Source: Elusimicrobiota bacterium (lineage in GTDB: Bacteria; Elusimicrobiota; Elusimicrobia; FEN-1173). From it: a DNA stretch of 64,000 bases. The DNA is taken from positions 118,944 to 182,943 of the forward strand of contig JAEURZ010000001.1 in the NCBI GenBank assembly GCA_016788905.1. The letters are read 5' to 3'. How positions within the stretch are numbered: position 1 is the first letter of the stretch; every line of letters starts with the position of its first letter. Both the position numbers and the translations under genes were made by a program. Below are positions 59,801-64,000 of this stretch, piece after piece. The notes under the pieces are model-generated. The model was not told where the DNA came from. It saw only the letters and a program-made list of their open reading frames with translations, and made no database searches.

Positions 59801-62800
59801 GCCTCATGGAATGGATCTCTGGAATAGAGGAAATGAAAACCGTCGATGACCTGGATCGTTTGGAATCGGATTTTCTCCTTCCCTTATTGAACAATCTCCA
59901 CGCACTCATCCTCAACCATCAAATCACAAGTGCCTCGGTCACCGATCGCGGAACAGTTGAAAAACAAATTGATATCTACCGCTCGATCGCCCGCTTGTCA
60001 CGGGACACGGTCTTCGCTCTGGACCAACGGTTAGACACTCTCCCCCCGTCCACCGGTGGCTCGCGAGAACGTATCACAGATATCCGGGAGAAAATCTTCT
60101 TGTACCAACTTTACGCCCTCAAGGTTTCCCACATTCTCGTTAACGCCAGCGTCGCCCATTGGGCCTTCTCCCATTTTGATAAAAAAACGTCCTGGTTTGA
60201 GCGTTGGGGCGTGGGAGGGCTCCTCCGCACCGTTCGCGGGGTTCGGAGAATGATTGACATTTCCGTCCACGAGTTTAATCGTCAAACCCTTCAAGACAAC
60301 ACCATCGACGGGGATTCTATTTGGGCCAACGCCTCCGGCCTTTCGGTGGCCAGTCTCGGAAACGTATTGGTTCCGGGACTCTATTCAGAAGAGAAAAAAG
60401 CCAGCCTTTCTTCTGTTTTCTCCGTTTTGGTGGAAAAGGCAAAGACAAAAATTCTCCCGGATATCACCGGGAAGGACTTGCACAGGAAAGGGATATCAAC
60501 GCTCCTCGGTCTGTTGGTATGGACCGCCGCCATTTCAATGACATTCACCATTGGACATGCCACGTTGGCCTTTTTAACAGGATTGGGTTTGAACATGGCC
60601 CTTTTTCGTCTCCAAGCAGCGGGAACCCGGCGTGATGCATTTTATCGAAAGGGGCTTGCCGAATGGCACCAATGGAACAAAGATCATCCCCATTCCAACG
60701 GGCGAATACGAAAGGATGAATCGGGCAAGGCTGAGGATCCGTTTCATTTAAACCGCGACTCCATTCGCTCCAATTTCCAGAAAGCGGAGGAGGCCCTGCT
60801 CAGGGAAATTCTTCCCGATGGGGTCCCTTCCGCAGACCTCATCCTCCTGGTCGCCAAAAATGAGTCCGAGCGGGCTTACTACGAAGAGAGGCAGAAGGAC
60901 ACTCAAATTTTTCGACCTGACGTCCCGGTGATCATCCTCTCCATCCCTGAGGGGCGGGGTTCCTTGATGGCCTACGCCACGGCCGCACTCTACCCCTATT
61001 CCGATGACTTTACGCAATTAGTAAATCGTTACCCCCACCTCAAAGACAAGGCCCCGTGGGAACTTCGCATGGGTACAATGGTTTCAAAATCTCCCGAAAC
61101 GGAGGACATGAGACAACTTCTCCGCAACGTCCCCGGACTTTCAAAACATCTTTCCGCCGAAACAGTGGCCAACAGAACGGTCTTTGACCTGGGCATTATG
61201 AACATTTACCGGGCCACCCAAGCCCGTGCCTCCCGCGGGTTGGGAGGGATGGCGCTGCGCTGGTCGGACCGAGCCTATATTGGACCTGTTCGAACCGCCG
61301 AAGGGGATGGAATTACTCTCGACACATTTTGGGCCAACAAGAGAGAAATGGCCCGTTATCATTTCGGTGCTGTCGTTGGAACCCCGGGCAAACCCATCAA
61401 ATTGATCCGCTTGAATGGGATAGAAAACACCTTGCGCGTTTTGAGCTATAAACACCCGGGACGAGTTTATGATTCCACTAACCTGGAATTGGACCAAAAC
61501 CAGGGTTTTTCGGGCGAAGGATTTTACGCTTTGGATGAAGCGGGCAGTTTAGCCCAAAAAAAATTCCTCGCGAGTGTATTGAAACGCTATGGAAAGCTAA
61601 AAACGAAACCCTCGTTAAGCCTTGTGACCAATTACCTGATCCCAGCTCAAATCGCCCAACGCCACCGGGGAACACCAGGAACAATCCCCCAAAAAATCGT
61701 CACTTTTTTTGCCCAAAATGGTTTTTTGAGTAGAGCCTCCTCCACGGATTTAGAACGGTTTAATTTAAAAAACGCGAGGCGGTCCACGGCCTTTGCTAAC
61801 GGGCATGGAACGATTCGCTTGAACGCCAATCCTGTTGAAGGTTATTTTTATGGGGGGGCTTCCTTTCCGGTCAATCCCCAAGAAAATGGGTTTTACCCAC
61901 GAGCATCCGTTCCCGGCCCCGGAGCCCCAGTTCAAGCGGTCAATATATTTCATGCCATGGGAGTGGCCTGGGCCTTCCTGGGTTCCGCCCTGCATCTCTT
62001 GGGCACAGGACGAGGGATCTTCACCGCCTTTTCGGTTCCCATTCTAGCGGTGTGGTTGTTCCTGTCACCGGTCGGATTGATGGCCTCACGGGTGTCCCAG
62101 TCCGGGCGAGCTGGAGCCTCATCTCTTTTGAGGAGTCGCCGAGATCCGAAATTTATAACGAACGAAGCTTGGTCTCGGCCAGAAACGGATTTGAATGAGA
62201 TCACGGCGGCCATGGAAGCGCTGAAAAAGAACCCCGATCCACGGGCAGATCGAAGCCGCCGCGCCTTAGCCCGGCTCGGGTTGACTCTCATCGCCACAGC
62301 CCCTCTTCAAAACAATTTATTGGATGGTCTTGATGTCAACAAAACGCGCCGAATCATGCAACGAACAGCCCCAGGCGCCTGGGCGGAAGATTTCAAAGAA
62401 GAGGGCCAGCCCGGAGCGGCAGGAATGATCCGCCGCATATCCCTGCGGTCCCTGGCCCATCAAATCGCTGAAATTCAGCGGGGGACTTCCCCGGGGAACC
62501 AGAGTCATGCCGCCCAAAGGCAAAGCGCCTTTTTGGCTGGGTTGGCTGACCTCGATCGGGAATCATTGGAAGATTTAAGTGCTTTCTTGAAATTGTTATC
62601 CATCGAAAAACAAGAGGAACCCCTAACGAACGCCGAGTGGGATGCTGCCGTCAGCCGTGGGGAAACTCAACGCAAAACTCTTAGGGAATGGATCCAACCC
62701 ACACCAACGACCGAAACACCAGAATCGACTTTCACTGCACTGCGTGTCACGGAATTAATCCCTGGCGCTTCGGGGACCACCGCGCAAAGGAACACTCTTC

Positions 62801-63213
62801 TCACGGAACTCCGACAACGAGTTTCCAGTCACCGGACTGGTCAGGATGTCCTGGTGATCAACGGAAGTGCCACCCAAGGACGCAACGAGAAAGTCCTCCG
62901 TGAATCACTTGGGGAAAAAGTGAAGGACCCGGCTTTGCTCGACTACCTGACCACCGTTCAAATCGTGGTCATTCCCGAAAATCGGTTTGCTCCTGAACAT
63001 GTGCGGACCCAACTCCCCAAAGAGTTTTCCCGCCTCTCCATGGATCTCTTGACCGTTCACCCCGCCGCCGTGCTTGTTGATCCCCTCCAGACCGGGGGCT
63101 CGGATCGGGTGCTCCTCTTGGAACTCTGGGGGGGGATACTCCACCACGTTGATTTAATCAACGTCGCTCGCCAAGCCATGGAGACAGCTCGAGTCCTCTC
63201 CAGCGCCGCATAG
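56833..63213 (+). CDS. 2126-aa multi-domain membrane protein of unknown function. It has a signal peptide, an N-terminal domain with His motifs (Tiki/TraB/GumN-like?), a LysM-like module, and three TM clusters separating large soluble domains.
   Basis: Uninterrupted 6.4-kb ORF with SD-like AAGAAACCCGAGAGA upstream. Signal peptide (AILFTQVFFAHQVEA). HLQDVHGH at 57195-57230 and VVLVAGGFHSAGL at 58336-58362. LysM-like region around 58984-59170 (GEHLWGVAQKIL...DLIYPGVSYTVP). Pro-rich linker. TM clusters around 59400-59760, 60490-60610 and 61930-62100. Confidence 0.8.
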   Translation: MTQFIPWTLGRTTLAGAILFTQVFFAHQVEAHFWAQRADAARRLRGESSAPSEQMGWLTEMTTSLSGIGTVTMGRTGSGSVLSKNSFPPPLRDEVADLVTALLPHATLRSYRDAGPGTPFVIHLQDVHGHLDAQRNITNLLSEIVTRRPGTPIALEGGAGPIALPSLNTVSVPAIRRTAAFFFNTGIISGAEVAALTAPVGTPLHGAENPELYLANVEAVQKAALLHQKMTERLSAWRTQVETKADQTLTPELRAFNDKTRRWASGTEGLSDRAHFLWTRANSREHPELKKFMEAARTEEKINLIAVQQDRRALLTNLEERMASSAVSDLAHAALAFRSGHLRPGDFYRTLRNAIHRSGLTLNPYPHFEAYVRYVILADSIQPEILQEEMERLESSLWNRLAKTPEEHRQVALIRDLRLMEGLATLTLTPQDWTHYLERSAELHQLPHRMNEPSMNHPTWIQELTPFEQFYTCAEARNSALAKNVSALFTRTSQNRPLVVLVAGGFHSAGLAPIFAAQGISVLTLSPKLSEAGHGTPFDLFTRERTPLERLFESPRITLSQTLALQPIGDSLQTRTQLIKELGPRLGPLLEKEAGDRGSRVHISEGDPVLLTTDSDGLTTDSIRQIVAGGSLLAAKVPTSLQSGTTVDTRANDPSVYVYTKRINAGREFLRRATLLFVQMKSHIIRALGVSLLSVLLLPLTPSLSAQAATFSQMGDRIEVMVHKGEHLWGVAQKILDAQGVRVTLQATAKAVQDLARANAEQIPNPDLIYPGVSYTVPSQLLNANTRRTLTERDSPGATEKKPRAEDPPEEIGRIVPQGMTPDPGPPDSQPEPPRSLSPERVPEIPPQSSPSAPTAPGFDISYFLLIAGAYVLRATRITHSALGYNAMKDRAHRFLSLTTRQKNASRRFLSRILPHHLNLQLVGTLGIITLLIYSFPTLIVANGDALGIDLAKQWPVELVLTTGVGMAIYFIWWRPKEVDLSLVEKTDPRLMEWISGIEEMKTVDDLDRLESDFLLPLLNNLHALILNHQITSASVTDRGTVEKQIDIYRSIARLSRDTVFALDQRLDTLPPSTGGSRERITDIREKIFLYQLYALKVSHILVNASVAHWAFSHFDKKTSWFERWGVGGLLRTVRGVRRMIDISVHEFNRQTLQDNTIDGDSIWANASGLSVASLGNVLVPGLYSEEKKASLSSVFSVLVEKAKTKILPDITGKDLHRKGISTLLGLLVWTAAISMTFTIGHATLAFLTGLGLNMALFRLQAAGTRRDAFYRKGLAEWHQWNKDHPHSNGRIRKDESGKAEDPFHLNRDSIRSNFQKAEEALLREILPDGVPSADLILLVAKNESERAYYEERQKDTQIFRPDVPVIILSIPEGRGSLMAYATAALYPYSDDFTQLVNRYPHLKDKAPWELRMGTMVSKSPETEDMRQLLRNVPGLSKHLSAETVANRTVFDLGIMNIYRATQARASRGLGGMALRWSDRAYIGPVRTAEGDGITLDTFWANKREMARYHFGAVVGTPGKPIKLIRLNGIENTLRVLSYKHPGRVYDSTNLELDQNQGFSGEGFYALDEAGSLAQKKFLASVLKRYGKLKTKPSLSLVTNYLIPAQIAQRHRGTPGTIPQKIVTFFAQNGFLSRASSTDLERFNLKNARRSTAFANGHGTIRLNANPVEGYFYGGASFPVNPQENGFYPRASVPGPGAPVQAVNIFHAMGVAWAFLGSALHLLGTGRGIFTAFSVPILAVWLFLSPVGLMASRVSQSGRAGASSLLRSRRDPKFITNEAWSRPETDLNEITAAMEALKKNPDPRADRSRRALARLGLTLIATAPLQNNLLDGLDVNKTRRIMQRTAPGAWAEDFKEEGQPGAAGMIRRISLRSLAHQIAEIQRGTSPGNQSHAAQRQSAFLAGLADLDRESLEDLSAFLKLLSIEKQEEPLTNAEWDAAVSRGETQRKTLREWIQPTPTTETPESTFTALRVTELIPGASGTTAQRNTLLTELRQRVSSHRTGQDVLVINGSATQGRNEKVLRESLGEKVKDPALLDYLTTVQIVVIPENRFAPEHVRTQLPKEFSRLSMDLLTVHPAAVLVDPLQTGGSDRVLLLELWGGILHHVDLINVARQAMETARVLSSAA

Positions 63214-63767
63214 GAACCCGATAAATTAACGACCTACCCCATTCCTAAAAAGAGTTCCCCCGTTTTCGTGTGGGCGCTAATGACCCGATTTTTCATCGTG
63301 GATGTTCTTTAAAAATTCGCCACGTGTCGAACCTGGACATAAGGTCTTTGGGATGAAAACATAAACCACGCGTTCAAGTCTATACGGCCCACCGGGATTC
63401 CGAACTTCCGGAAAACTGGCCAGTCAACGACCGCCAGTCCCGAGCGGTGAAACAATAAACGCTGGCATGCCTGGCCGATTCAGTCTCTTTTCCAAACGGT
63501 TTGAACAAAGACGATCTCCGCATGGAGACCTTCGGGAAACTCTGAGACTGGAGTTCCCTGTGCTAGCCAAGCCGCTACGATGAGAAATGAAATACCCAGC
63601 TCAAGAGGGAACACCATGGACCTTTTAATATGTTTGCGACCATGGGGCATTGGCCTTGTGATGGGACCGAGGCGGCGATTTCCTAAACTTAGTTGAAATT
63701 TGAACCACGGCTTCACGTTTGCTTTGATGAAGTTGTCGAAAAATCACAAAGCGAAACGGAGGAAGCC

Positions 63768-64000
63768 ATGGCAAAGAATAAGATAGCGGAAATGAAGAAA
63801 GTGGGCAACAGAATGGAAGCTGGCCGGGAGGCGCGGTTGGCGGCGATCCAAGAACTGATTCCAATAGCACTGACAGCGGTGTCTGCTGAACTTCAAAGGG
63901 AAGTATCCGAATTGGCGGGCCCGCGGTATGGCCGAGGAGGAGAGGCGGATCGCTGGGGTTCCAACGGGGGATCCGTTTTCATTGGGGATCAGAAGGTCCG
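63768..64000 (+). mobile_element. N-terminal fragment of a putative DDE transposase (IS element) running off the window end
   Basis: MAKNKIAEMKKVGNRMEAGREARLAAIQELIPIALTAVSAELQREVSELAGPRYGRGG...RWGSNGGSVFIGDQKV resembles a conserved transposase N-terminal region recalled from IS elements. The family is not assignable from memory. Confidence 0.45.

Noticed and set aside
63330-63430. tRNA-like T-loop remnant (GTTCGGAATCC on the minus strand) near the putative IS boundary
   Set aside because: No complete cloverleaf (acceptor, D and anticodon arms) could be built by eye. Only a partial T-arm-like match is present. It could be a tRNA-derived att fragment but is not supportable as a tRNA gene.
1-64000. 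CRISPR arrays, rRNA operons, integrase/att sites, prophage or secretion-system gene clusters
   Set aside because: No regularly spaced direct repeats, rRNA-like conserved stretches or phage/secretion hallmark proteins were seen anywhere in the window.

Overview
This 64-kb window is a GC-rich (~58% by eye) chromosomal segment from a Gram-negative-type bacterium. About 58 protein-coding genes are densely packed and mostly organised in co-directional blocks. No rRNA, tRNA or CRISPR array was found.

Gene blocks in order:
(1) TetR regulator, alpha/beta hydrolase, a frameshifted DUF2339-like giant polytopic membrane protein and a DUF3999-like exported protein, all on the + strand.
(2) A Cache-type sensor histidine kinase translationally coupled to a sigma-54 (NtrC-type) response regulator. 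A candidate sigma-54 promoter follows, in front of an envelope operon (TPR-SpoIID/LytB protein, DUF4398-like lipoprotein, OmpA/Pal-like protein).
(3) A minus-strand ion and osmo-homeostasis block: beta-carbonic anhydrase, OtsB, ClC channel, membrane-anchored sensor-fused OtsA, CPA1-TrkA antiporter, MscS and CaCA, followed by SodC.
(4) A conserved rpe/PASTA-protein/rlmN/htpX/fmt/def block in which a kinase-less PASTA protein occupies the usual PrkC position.
(5) Two tandem IscA/HesB genes.
(6) An AT-rich islet carrying a three-gene HipB / HipS-like / HipT-like (split HipA) toxin-antitoxin module with its own promoter and a HipB-operator-like repeat.
(7) RmuC.
(8) A sulfur block: OprO/P-like porin, Sbp, CysT, CysW (no CysA), YjbQ, and metY-metX-metW with a ~215-nt leader.
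(9) Outer-membrane beta-barrel plus AsmA-like pair, a DHOD-like protein, single-chain pyruvate:ferredoxin oxidoreductase and hemerythrin.
(10) EngB and the NfeD-flotillin pair.
(11) A 2126-aa orphan multi-domain membrane protein with a LysM-like module and His-motifs reminiscent of Tiki/TraB. A transposase N-terminal fragment runs off the 3' edge of the window.

The most unusual elements are the 2126-aa protein, the HipBST-like module, the sensor-fused OtsA and the frameshifted DUF2339/DUF3999 pair.
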